From: Blasia pusilla
Lineage: Eukaryota
Reading direction: 5' to 3'
DNA length: 64,000 nt
NCBI GenBank assembly: GCA_050084515.1
Contig: CM114271.1
Coordinates: 12,710,001 to 12,774,000, forward strand
The notes under the pieces are model-generated. The model was not told the DNA's origin and made no database searches. It saw only the letters and a list, made by a program, of their open reading frames with translations. Position numbers and translations under genes: made by a program. Below, piece after piece: positions 12,631 to 24,500 of this stretch; the stretch's first letter is position 1; the number at the start of each line of letters is the position of its first letter.

Positions 12631-13518
12631 CGACTAAAAGCTCTACCTCCGGGACTCACCAACTGGAAGACCTCTCCTTGTTGATCCAGCTACACAACAC
12701 CAGGAGAAGCCATGGCACGCTCTATCGCGGGTCTAGCGGGGATCTCCGCCATCCTAGCAGCCGCAGCCTGCCATGAATATGACGTGGACGGCCTAAGCAT
12801 CCGCTCTAAGGGCAAGTCCATCACCTCCTCTGCAATCGCCTCTGAACGTGATGCAGGAACTCCAACTCCGCGCTCACATAATGAAGCGTCCAACGGAAAA
12901 GCCTCGGCGGGCGTACCCCCCAACGTCATAACATCGGAAGCAGAAAATAAAGGAGTGCGGTACACAACGGTGGCCACCCCCAACAACGTGCTTGACACAT
13001 GGCCCTCTTGAGCATAAAAAATAGGAGTTGTGGCACTCACTTCTCCTATTGCCCTCCGTGCGTGCACACCAACAACATTACCAATTGTCCAAGAACTTTG
13101 ATGCGGACCCATCGATGGAGTCCTCATCGCTTCGGACAACGTGAAAGACTTAAGAAGCTTAGTTTGTTTCTTGACTTCCCCTCGCTGTGGATCCAACTCT
13201 GCAACTGCTCCATGCATCTCAACTTTGGCTACCTCCATCTGGGCAACCAGGCACATCCAACCAGGATTCTCCATATCTCTGGCTGCTCCATATGATGTCG
13301 ATGCCACGGATACGGCATCGGGTAATCTCAATGCCATAACGACAATATGCTCATGTAGCTGATGTATCTGAGCAACCATCCTAGCCTCTTGCCCGGCATC
13401 TCCCTCGATGCATCTAGGTGGTAGGACTCTATCTCCTCTACGGGCAGCTCCACTACCGTGTCTGGCAACCACAGTTCCTCGTCCCCCAACGGGACTACCT
13501 GGTGCACGATTCTCTCTT

Positions 13519-14033
13519 TGTAAAGTAAGATCCAATCTCTCTCTACACCATCTCAGACCATAGCTCTCAAAGGTATGCACTCTCTCTCATGTCAAACCAA
13601 ACCCACTCTCCTAATGAAAGGCTTGTGTTACACTCACAAGGCAAGGGACCATAGCTCCGTTGCCTTATGCCAAGAGGTTCAACAAAGAGAGAGTGAGCTC
13701 TCAAGCTCTCTCTCTTGGAGGTATACTCCCTTCCCTCTCCCAAGCCCTCTCAACAGTAACCTATGCTCGCACGTCACCTCCTTGGCTCTTGAAAAACTAT
13801 AGCGGGTCAAGGGCCACTTCCCAAAGTGGAAAGTCAAGTATCCCCAACATGGAAACTTACTCGAAATAGTAAGTTTCTCTATATGGCTCCAAATGAGCCG
13901 AAACGAAGGGGAAACCTGCTCTCTCAGGTTTCGTGGGGTCTTGACAGGTCATCCTCGACCTCCTGGGTCTTTCCTACACTACTCGTGTAGACGCTCTGCT
14001 AGATCCCACCGATCTATCCTAATTGTCGTGACA
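13519..14033 (-). repeat. LTR segment B (~515 bp), 5' end of the DNMT-gypsy element
   Basis: Aligns along its length with 18683-19198. On the minus strand it begins TGTCAC and ends TTTACA, then runs directly into mid-gag sequence with no PBS. Confidence 0.85.
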
Positions 14034-14099
14034 ACCGCAACAATAGTTGACATACCATGATTACCAAATTGAGATTAAGTAATTGAAGAATTGGATTGC

Positions 14100-15550
14100 A
14101 CTAGAAAACCAGTTGAATTTTTTGGAAAACATGTTTTGCATCGCCAATTCTAATTGTTGTATTTTTGTATGATAGGCAAGTGCATCCATATATTCAAAAC
14201 CCAAAGTCTCTTTCACCAACCAAATTTTGAATCTAAATTAAAATAGTGGTGTTTGAGATCCCATTCTCAAATCCATCATTGTGATTGATTCTTGTGCTAA
14301 GTCCATCATTTCAATGAATCATACATATATCTAGAAGATTCTTGGTTCAAATTTAGTTATTTTAATTGAATTGAGTCAATTTCAATCTCATAAAAAAATA
14401 ACTAAATTTAAATATATTTCCAATCTTATAATTTGGATGTGGAACAAAATTTTATTTCTTTGATGATACAAAAGACCTTGTATTTTTGCACGTGGCACTT
14501 ATCAATTTTTTGTAAAGTCTTAGGGTTTTAAAAAAAAATTGCATACTCATTTTAAGACTTGCATAGCGGTGCATATACTTGGATCAATCAGAAGCAATAT
14601 TAGTCTTTGAAGGGAGGGTTGTACATGATAAAATAGTGGAACATGACCAACATCATCTATATTATCATGAGAGAGCGCCCTATTTGTTTTTGAACACTTG
14701 TACTTCTGACACATGGTGGTCTTAGCCACCATTAGCCTAACATGTGGCCTTAGGTCTGATGTTTAGGGTTGGTTTGAGAAGTCAATTAAGTTGACTCACA
14801 CGAGGTCAATTTTGGGATCAAGTCTATTGAAATGGCCAATCATAACCCTAACTCGTGCATAGACTAGTGATGAGGAAAAAAAGATTCACTATCCTCTATG
14901 TTGAGATGATGTGTCGCTCGAATGTCCCTATTTTCAGAATTTATGATAGCTCTTCTTTGGACATTTTTGCAGAGCTAGCCTTCCAATGCTAGCACCAAAA
15001 AAATTTCCATACCATTAGAATCTTGAAGTATGATCTCAACCTTTATTATTATTAGAGAAATTTTTTTGGATTTAGAAACATCCCTTTGATTGAAAAATGC
15101 CATTGGGGCAACAATATCTTATTTTGGTAATACTTGATAGAGAAATTTTCTGGCCACATGAGCAATAAGAATTTAAAGAAAATAAATTAACCATGATTGG
15201 CTTTGTACATATCATGTGTTCCATACTAGTGTTAGATAAACAAGCTTGCATGCTTGCATTTTGGTATCTAAAAAAAGGCTCATTGAAAGGTAAGAATTAC
15301 TTGAATGATCTAAAGCCAAATTATGAACAACTAGAAAATTGGTGATACTTTCATGAATTTCCCTTCGTTGGATGTCTCGCAACAAGATTCCATAAGTTCT
15401 CAAGCTTTTCAAAAGCTTTATGAGGATTTTCAATGTTGCTAGGAGGAGTGGAAGGTATTTCGAGTGTTGTCTCCGTGTAGGTGATGGATTCATTTTGTGA
15501 ATCCACACCTCCTTATTTTGCTTGTAGTCCCTTCCGTTCGGAAGGTAGTG
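14100..15550 (-). pseudogene. Possible heavily decayed hAT-like transposase remnant
   Basis: Only scattered fragments (e.g. RVMIGHF; HV...LQRLILL) loosely resemble hAT motifs; no intact frame. Confidence 0.25.
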
Positions 15551-18500
15551 GTATGGGAGGTCATGTTCTATTGATGAAGAATAACAATTAGTCTATGAGT
15601 TGTTAACAAGAGCCTTCAAGTAGACTTGCATCCTAACATTTTTAACTCAAAGAAAATCTAATAATTGAAAGAGGATGGGGTTAGAGAAACCTTCCTCCCA
15701 TGTTGCCACCTATCTTTTCAACATGTCCGATGTTGACATGTGTGACATGTTAAAGAAACAATAATTGAAAGACCAAAGATTGGACGGATGCCTAGAATCC
15801 TTTCCCCTCGCCAAACTAGAGCGGATCCCAAGAAATCATCGGTGTATGCTAGTACATACATATGTAAGTCACTTTCACAATCCCCAACATGTGCGCAAGC
15901 TCACTAGTTGTCAACATAGGTACATTTTAGCTTGTCTAAATTAAGAGCAAAATTCTACATGTTAAGAACATGTGTATAAACCATCTCCTTCTTGGGATTA
16001 CGTTAACTACAATAGCCACGCGAGATCCACTTCGGAAAAAAAATGCAAACATTGTGAATAGATGTCAAAACATGCCACAGAAATCAACCCCACTGCCATC
16101 CAATTCCTGACTATCGTTTCAAAGTTTTAAGTATGGAAGACTAACGAACAAATCGCCAGCACTGCACTTCCAATACCGAGCGAAAAAGTGTGAATCCAAA
16201 CCGCTACCATGTGCAAGGCTAACTGACAGCAGCACACTTCAAAAAAGATGACGGTAAACTATCACTCGTCCAATCTAATCTCTCTCGAAAAACGCACCTA
16301 AAACGATAACTCACTCGTCCAATTGCTGACTCTTGTTGCAATCTTGTACCTCGGCCATTCTCGGATTTGTGCTGATTTGCAGTTGAACTCCTCCATCGTT
16401 CCTCCGTGTCTAACAAAGGCTCCTGAAACACCACCTGCGGCTCGTGGCCGGTGAGCGGATCGTTACTCCGTGTCTAACAAAGGCTCCTGCTGTGGATGTG
16501 TTTTGGAATCTGGCACGCTTGTCAAACCCTAAAACCGAGGCAGAACCATCCGTTGTAGGGTATTAATACGACTTACCTTGGTTCTGTCTGTTCAGATGGA
16601 GGACGTAAAGTCTGCAAATGAATCAAGTCATTGAAAGGGCCGCTATTGCATTAATACTACTGTAGGAAGTTGGAACTCGATGGGATCTCGTGTGTCTGTT
16701 ATCGAACTGATAATATGTGCAATCCGTCTGTAAACTCCTTCTCTTTTCGCTTGTTTGAGAAACACCGCGGCTAACGCCTTTGAAGGAACTGACGGATGCT
16801 GTGCGGGATGCCTTTCGCCATCTGCCTTGAAGTGCCTTTCCTTCGTAAGGTTATGGCTGAGATTCGATTTACTGGATGGATCTGTTTCTTCCCGTTATGG
16901 ACTGTATTCCGAGTGCTACTGCGAGTGAATTCTTCCCATTCCGAGTATACAATGATCGTCTATGCCCGTCGCCAGTCGGGCAGAGCAGGAGCTGTGATAG
17001 AAGGTTACAGGATAAGAACTGGAACGTGAAGGAATCGGAATGGTTGCATTTGTGCTTCACTTACCGCAATCTGGCCGCTGGGTGTAGAAGTTGGGTCCGA
17101 TCGTGTTGTTCCGGAGGGTGCAGGTGAGGAGGCTGTTCGAGCGCTTCCTAGACGGACTGGAGGTGGAATGCTGATGGAAAGGAAGAGTGAATTGTGCGAT
17201 GAACACTCATAGAGATAACATTTGCAAGAGCGCATACAGCTTCCCGTGGTTTTTCGTATGTACGAAGCCCCTCCGGATCGTGACGAGTACTTGGATTTAG
17301 CGCGCAAGCTTGATCGATCACCAAACTTTTTGCTTCTGCGTTGCTCCGTCTCCGCAACAGGGAACGTGTGTCAGTCTCAGCTTCGCAAGGAGAACAGTAG
17401 GATTCAAAGGCGCTTCTTGCGAATTACCGACTATGTGCCAAATTCTGAAGGGCATGAATTCTCCTCGAGGAGCGGTTGTATCGGATCATGATCTGCAACA
17501 CGTGACCGCAGATTCCACTCCTGCACTCCTGCAGAAGTGGAATTGATATCTCGCGCATATGTCTGTCTGTTTCTTCCACTCGCAGCGATTCTACGGTCCC
17601 GACTCCATACTGCCCTCTAGAAACGGCTAAAATCTTTTTAATTCAAACGGGCTGCCGGTACCCGGTCCCTCCAGTTTCTTGCCGTTCAAACAATCAGGTT
17701 AGTCCAACCGGTGGACGAAGTCGATCGGTTTCACGCAACCGGGAAGTGAGTACTAGAACGATTTTCCGTGCACACAATTTTCTCTTAAATTAATACCAAA
17801 AATTGAGGGAGAATTTTCTTACTTGACTTAGCTCCTTGCAAGTCCCTGTTTGGGTCGGCGCGACCCCGCAAGGAGCTGGTTGGAAATAGTGGCGAGAGGG
17901 TCTTAAAACTCGTGCCCGGTGTATTCTGGGTGCGAATTTTATTGAGGTCCCAAGAGTTTCAACCGTTAGATAAGAAAAATCCGAACAAACATCTACGACC
18001 CTGGGGTCGGGTCCTAACAACCTCGGCCGCATGGGATTGGGTCCTTAGAGCCGGGTCCCATGGGTGGGATGTCGCAGCGACCTTCTTGGGTCGCCACTTT
18101 TTCTGCACATTTTTTGGGTGCAGAAATTGTCCAGCATCCTGGCGATGCTTCTCACTGTATATCTCTCGATTTCTGCTAAAAACTTGTGTACCTTCTTGGC
18201 TTGTCCTACGGAAATACAAATTGGTCCCGGAAATGAGGTTGCTGCGACCTCTACGGAGGCACCCGACCCTTATAATGTAGTTTTCCTTTTGAATCGCCTT
18301 GAGGCTTTCCTCCATACTCTCCAAGTTGCCGCACGGCAGTCTATGGACAAGCTACGGAATTGTGTATACGTATGAACTGACCGTAATGCCCAAGGGGTGC
18401 AAATGTATCTTTCCCAGACTTAGGCTTAGTCTCGTGCGACGCCATGACTTTGCTTGCATGGGTCAAAATGCACACGCAAAGGTACATCATTATATAAACG

Positions 18501-18555
18501 CTACCTCCAAGCATGATAATGTGAGCATGGTATATAGCGCCACCTTATAGTGAGA

Positions 18556-19198
18556 TGTCGTGCCCATATACATCGCTACACAACATACATCGATGTCAGC
18601 AAACACAGACACAAACACGCATGATCCCATGCTAACTCATGGCATCCAAACAACGAGACAAGAAGTACCAAAATATCTCCAATAAAGTAAGATCTAATCT
18701 CTCTCTACACAATCTCACACCATAGCTCTCAAAGGTGTGCACTCTCTCTCATGTTAAACCAAACCCACTCTCCTAATGAGAGGCTTGGGTTACACTCACA
18801 AGGCAAGGGACCATAGCTCCGCGGCCTCATGCCAAGAGCTTCAACAAATAGAGAATGAGCTCTCAAACTCTCTCTCCTTGGGATATATATCCCTCCCCTC
18901 TCCCAAGCTCTCTCCATGGTAACCTATTCTCCCAAGTCATCTCCTTGGCTCTTGACCTGATGTAGGAGGTCAAGGGCCACTTACCAAAAATAGAAAGTCG
19001 ATCCTATACTCAAAATGGTACTTACCTAAAATAGTAAGTTCCTCAATATGGCTCCAAATGAGCCAAAACGAAGGGGAAACCTGCTTTCTCAGGTTTCCCG
19101 GTGCCTCAGCAGGTCATCTTCGACCTCCTAGGACTCTCCTCCACTACTCTTGAAGACGTTCTACTAGATCTCACTGATCTATCCTAAAGGACGTAAGA
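18556..19198 (-). mobile_element. Non-coding 643-bp derivative (segment B joined directly to segment A) of the DNMT-gypsy family
   Basis: 18556-18681 matches 7359-7481 and 18683-19198 matches 13521-14033. Flanked by 4-bp TSD GAGA (18552-18555 and 19199-19202). Confidence 0.88.
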
Positions 19199-21510
19199 GA
19201 GATGTCTGCATTTGCATATTGTACATGCCAATGCACGAAATTGTCCCAACCATGATCCTCGGAAAGAATTTTTCGTGCCTACTAAATCCCACTGCTTGTG
19301 TAAGATCCGTATGCATTTAAGTTTCACTATGAGAATAAAATTCAAGAACACAATCCCCTTCTCACCACCAAAGAAACATAACTTCATATGAGTTGTGCAT
19401 ATATTTTACCTCGAGCAACATTGGAGCTTATTCTCCTAATATTATCAATGTGAAGGAAAATCAAAGGATGTCCCTATTTTGTCTTATTCTGTCACTATTT
19501 TATCTTCTTAGGCATGTGGGGTTGCCAATAATAGTATAGATGCGCAAACCTATGGCACGTTTCCCTTTCGTGCCTTTGTCTATCGCAAGGTTGAATTTGT
19601 GCGCCATTTCATGATAGATTAGGCGCGTACCACCATATCAAAATGATCAAGCAACATGTGTTGTGCAAGATGCAAATCACTAGCCTTTGTGATAGGCGGA
19701 GCGGCATATGCGACAAGAGACGTCATTAATGCCACTACTACACTCTGTCAATGTGTATACTACCCTTGAGATAGTGTATATAGCGTAGGTGGTGAAGGCG
19801 AACCTTAAAGAATAGTACACCATGGCAATGCAACACATTTAGCCACTTTCTTTTTGAATTCTCATTTTTTAATAAAAAAATATGGAAATGGAAAATATAC
19901 ATGAAAAAATTTGATATCAAATGAATGGATGGAGATACTCATGGAATATGGAAAATGAAGACCCTTGAAAAAAAGCAAATATGAAAATGGGAAAATCTGG
20001 TAAATGATGGGAATATGACATTTCAACAATGGAAAATGGAGACATAAAGTCATGGAGGAATTCCAAAATAGGTGAAATTTTCCAGCAGAAATAGGTGAAG
20101 TAAATTAAAAAATTGTAGGGAAAATTTCCCAGAAAATAATCATTCTGTCGCAAGCCTTTGGGATACACTCCAACCATGGAAATCTGATCGAAAAAGATTT
20201 TTGAGGGACATTCCAAAGATGGAAATATAGTTGTACAACTTTCCTACAACAAATTTTGGAGAACATTCTGAACAATCCCCTACAATCAAAATTTCACTCG
20301 TGTAACATCTTCGAAAATATGATCCAATCCTAGAAGTTAGCATACGATGAACTAATGAAGGAGTTGAAAATGAAAAAAGAAAAGACACAATCATTTTGGA
20401 CAGATACGCTCTTTATTTTTCATCCATTTGAAAGGGAAGGCAAAAAGGCTATCTTAATTAGACAAAAGATAAAATTATATGGAGTCCACAGCGAAGACAA
20501 TTATTAAGTGAATCTTATATCTTTTATAAAAGTTCTCTCCCAAAATGAGACATACGGGGTTATTCCTAGAATAAATCACACCGATGGCCACCACTTTAGG
20601 CCATAACGCATGATTCAACATGTAATTAGGAAGTAATGGGTATTACGACATGGCCAATGTACCGAGGAGATGGTTTTCATATCCTTGGCATATGTCGATA
20701 TGAGTTCTGAAGTGTTCATGATGAAGAATATTATTTTTGTATTACAACAATGCTATGTTTGGTTGGAGACTCGAGGTCTCATATTAGTCCCTTAGTGTGC
20801 AACCCTTGTTCGCGACTGGGCATGATGAGAATGTTGAAAACATTTGTTTGCAGCACATAATGGATTTTTGGAGCCCCTACTATGATAATTTCAATCAAAC
20901 AGTCATTCGGACATCAAGATAAGGTTCTCCAATTATAGTATAAATTAACCTGGGAAAGTCTGGACGAGCTGGGATCACAGGGATTCCTGGTGTTCACGCT
21001 ACTATTGATTGCCTTTTGAGACCAACTTTAATAGCGATTTTTAAAATGTCCATGGATCACATCCGCATGGTTATGTTTTCTCAAAAGAGAAGATTGATCT
21101 ACTCATCAGTCGCCATGTGGGTACAGATTCAAAACTGTGGGGCAGAAGGGGCATGGCCCCCATATTCTCATGGCCTGATCGAGCCCACTTCCATAGTGAG
21201 AACAACGTGGGCCTTCTAAGGAATCGAGCATGTGGTATGTGGTATGGACTCGGAAGAGTCGTGCTCCTCCAACAAGACAGCTATTAGAAGGCCGATTCTT
21301 AAATACCAATTGATCATTTAATGTGTTTGCTGTATTCTTCACATAAAAAGTCCCTTGGTAAAATTGAGTCATATCAGTGGTTGTGAGAGTATTTTTTACT
21401 TTTGCCCTTCTTGTTGTATTGTGATCATTCTGGTCGGTTTTCCAGGAGGAACGAAGAGTTCAAACGCAAAACATGGAGGGCGAGGAAGGCTATGCTCAAT
21501 TTACTGTCAA

Positions 21511-24500
21511 TCAGCCTTCCATGAGGGCTTTGGCCGCATCAATGAGTACAACACGAAGTTTGTCATTGGCCCTACCCAAGACTGAGTAGCCCTCCTTATC
21601 TTCCACATCCACCTCTGCTCCATTCCTCAGTAGAAGTAATGCAACCTGTTTGTAGGACAATTCATGTGTAAGAAAGAATGGCTTCTAGAATTGCTCACAC
21701 TTCTCTCTGTGGACAGACACCCATCTCTTCTCTATACTTGAATACCAAAATTCAGACAAAACTCGGTAACTTTGGTAGCCATGAATCTATCAAAAGAAAC
21801 ATCTGTAAATTGTAGTTTCCTGTGAACATAGCTATTTTGCATCCAGGGAGTCGCAATACATAATACTTTCTCAAGATTCTAAGAATTCACCTGACTAGAA
21901 GGTGCAGATTCCAGTGCTACAATGAAAAGAAGTTCATAATAGCCACACCATCCGAGACAGGTTTAACTGGAAAGCAGATAGACCCTTATATAAAGCAAGA
22001 AACTGACAATTTGAGCTGGGCCATTTCTAGAACACGAAGCATGACTTAGGCCTATGCTGTTAGACCTACTGGGTGTACAAGTCCCAAAACTATAAGAAGA
22101 TCAAATGGCAATAGCTATCGGGCAATGAAATTAAGCCATTGACAATCCCTAGTTGTGTGGGCCACCTCATGGACATGGGGACAAGGAGTGGTAGACTTCC
22201 TGAACAGAATGCCTGTAATGGCACCTGTTTACAATAAGAGTATACAGTAAGTGTGCACTGTTGAAATTTGTTAACATCTACTTTAGTCGTGCCCTAAAAG
22301 TTGTTAGTCAAATACTAACTTAGCTGGATACGAACTCAGTTAGCGGGAGACAACTTAGAGCTCCTTTATCTTTTTAGGGTGATCTCGAACTAGGCCTAGC
22401 CACCATCACGTATTTAGGATATGGATCTGTTCAAGAAGATGTAAGGGTCAGAAATGCTCACCCTCATGTATGTATTATCTCTACGTAGAGTCAGAAAATA
22501 ATTCTGCAGTATGCATAGCTTTTGGTGAGGACTCCTGGGGCTCTTGGTGTGTCATACAGCACTGGCCCTGCTGCAGAGTGATCCGAGAGAAGGAAGAGAC
22601 CCGAGACGAAGTTCTGCGCTCACTAGAGCCTCATTGGAAGGCACGTCGTTTTGTCTAGATAGCTAATGGAGATTGTTTGTGCTCAGTGATGTGAGCATGT
22701 GTGATAGTTGAGCTGGGTGACATCCGAGGATCTGTGTTGTGAGTGCAAGGTGTAACTGTAGAGTCTTCCTTAGTATCTGATATAACAAGGAGAGTCACAT
22801 CATGGTAGGGCTCTGATTTGACAAGCCACTTAGAAACTGATTTGCTGATTGTGTACATGCTGAAATCATGGATGGATTAGCCCATGCTAGTTCTGACTTT
22901 GTACAAGGACATACTTCTGCTGGTCAAGTTTTTTCTCATGCACCAGGAGTAGACTTGCAATCTTCTGTCGCTTGTATCCAGAGTGGTCAGAGAAAACTGA
23001 CAGCTTTTGAAGCTAGCTTAAAGCTGCATCATGCAGCTGTCCAGTAACCATCATCATTTGAGTTCCAGTAACCATCACCATTTTGGGGCTACAACTACTG
23101 ACAAAGATCATCCAGGAGACACATAATGGAGACAAAGAAGTAGGTATTGTTCCCAACATTGTAGGCCTCACCTGACGGTTGTCACAGATCACAGCATGCA
23201 TAAGTGGTGTTTGCCCAGTTATATCTGTGGCCTCAAGATCCGCTCCCTCCTCTATCAACACTTCACAGACTTCTGTATGTCCTGCGCTGGCTGCACGATG
23301 TAATGGGGTGCAGCCCACCTGTGGATTTCCCACTTTACATCAATTCAAACGATATTTTATATCCCAACCATAAACAAAGTCTATTTATGAACTTTAATAC
23401 CACCCGACATCACTGTTAAAGTTGGGTTTCAACATAGTCTTCAATTGCATGTCATCTGACCCCAGAAAATAAATCTAACTCGTTAGGCGACTACCAAATG
23501 GAGGATACCAACTAACCCATGATCATGATCAGGATAACATCCTAGTAAAGGACGTCATCTCTTGAGCAACAGGATTTACCTTTCCTGTGCTAAAAGGCTC
23601 CAGTTAGGGAGTTGTCTACATCAGCCTGATTCTTATGTTGCTCTATTAAACCCCAGATTTCTCAAACTCACAAAGTAGAAAGAACCAGAAGTAAGAAACT
23701 TATGATTATCTATTTCAAGGATGCTATAGGGTCTGCTATCATGCTGGCCAAAACAGTCACAATTAAGTGAAATTGATCTTGCAGCTGTGCGGGGAAAAGT
23801 AAAGTTGAGCAATCTCAAAACAGGGACCAATAAGCAGGATGAATGTCTGCTGAATTCAAATTTTCATCTTCCTTCCTCCAATAAAAGGCTTTTTCTCCAG
23901 TGTGGACTATACTCTCATTTCCTACACCTGTGTGGAATTTTCTCACTCATACCACTTATTGTGATCTTGATAGCCAGATTCCTGAGCATAATTTTGGCAC
24001 CCAAGACAAGGACTGCAGACTATCTTCACAGTTATTTGAACAAATGACATTTAGTAAGAAGACAGAACAGAGACCTTGCATTGTTCACAGAACAGCAATA
24101 ACATGACAAAACAAGAGAGAAAAACCTTGTCCTTTCGGTTAAGCTTTGCCCCATGAGAGATCAGCATTTGTGCTATATCACCATAACCTTTGCTGGCTGC
24201 GTAGTGAAGAGGAGTTCGACCTCCATTGTTGGTGCCAGCCACATCCGCCCCTGTATGTTCAGACAGTAACCCTTGTGCATCAGTATCATAATTTAGAGGC
24301 TTGAGATGCTCTGCAAGAATACAAACCCTAGACATAATCTGAGTCCGTCCAACATAACTAGAAGCTTCACCAGGATTGGTCTAATGCAAACATGTCCTAA
24401 ACCAAATATTTCAGGCAGTGTTGGACTATACTACTAATGAATGATAATCCTATCACATTCCAGGTGCTTGTTTTGAGTTTGTGAGTTCTCAGACATCTTG

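Larger units (their letters stand above)
7359..14033 (-). mobile_element. Degenerate Ty3/gypsy LTR retrotransposon carrying a C5-DNA methyltransferase and a PHD finger
   Basis: Order on the minus strand: partial gag, PR, DNMT, RT, RNase H, INT, PHD, PPT (7482-7492). Termini TGTC...GACA; 4-bp TSD ACCG (7355-7358 and 14034-14037). Many stops and frameshifts. Confidence 0.92.

Noticed and set aside
19860-21050. ATGGAAAAT-rich stretch followed by coding-like decayed sequence
   Set aside because: No recognisable protein motif or element boundary could be supported.
22882-22962. Alternative last exon of the gankyrin gene (IASLLLVHEKK...)
   Set aside because: Only superficial similarity; the exon at 21645-21511 supplies the conserved C-terminus with a proper acceptor.
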